A stretch of DNA of 64,000 nt from Klebsormidium nitens (Eukaryota > Plantae > Klebsormidiophyceae): assembly GCA_000708835.1 (NCBI GenBank), contig DF236954.1, positions 422,052 to 486,051 of the forward strand. Direction: 5' to 3'. The translations under genes were made by a program, and so were the position numbers. The notes beneath the pieces are model-generated. The model saw only the letters and a program-made list of their open reading frames with translations. It was not told the origin of the DNA and did no database searches. Positions 63,741-64,000 of the stretch are shown here, piece by piece. Each line of letters begins with the position of its first letter. Positions within the stretch are counted from its first letter, which is position 1.

Positions 63741-64000
63741 GTGAGTCCCTTCTTGACCCAAGCCTTGACGTCTCTATATCCCAAAAGCTAAAAGTTAATG
63801 TGAGGAGCTTGATGTGCGTGCCAGATATCCGTCACCCGCTCATGAAGTGCTTGAAGGGTGGAATATTTGCAGATGTTTTCTGGCGATCACTCCGTTGGAC
63901 GCTCTTTCTTTCTGCGGGCTCAGCGGATGCCAGTTGTATGTCCGGTTTATGGACCTCGCGGATAATTCGTGGTTGAAAACTGTTTCTTTGTCTCTCAACG

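Noticed and set aside
1-64000. rRNA, tRNA or other structured RNA genes
   Set aside because: No tRNA cloverleaf or A/B boxes and no rRNA signatures recognised by eye; a covariance-model scan (Infernal/tRNAscan-SE) would be needed to exclude small ncRNAs.

Overview
Eukaryotic, intron-rich nuclear DNA with GT-AG introns, GC-rich exons and two N-gaps (1864-2584, 8110-8799). Gene content and style suggest a streptophyte alga such as Klebsormidium (inference, not verified). Most ORFs in the supplied track are intron or antisense noise. I built spliced models by hand, checking reading phase at each junction. In order they are: the 3' end of a zinc-finger-like gene (+); a plastid-type PPR-SMR gene (-); a METTL13 C-terminal-type methyltransferase (-); OEP16 (+); SRP72 (-); an F-box pseudogene (-); a tail-anchored ankyrin protein (-); a small hypothetical gene (+); a DUF7081/MBD-like coiled-coil gene (-); and the 5' part of V-ATPase subunit a (+). 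A 281-bp Tc1/mariner-type MITE lies in a PPR intron. The most striking unexplained pattern is splice-junction 'echoes'. In five genes, introns contain 1-5 decaying tandem copies of the neighbouring exon edge plus its splice site, spaced about 90-250 bp apart (mostly 110-200). Many copies keep intact AG or GT signals. Intergenic regions are dense in 4-6-bp palindromes, and a GC-rich GGCCGG-core box recurs 230-460 bp upstream of several start codons.
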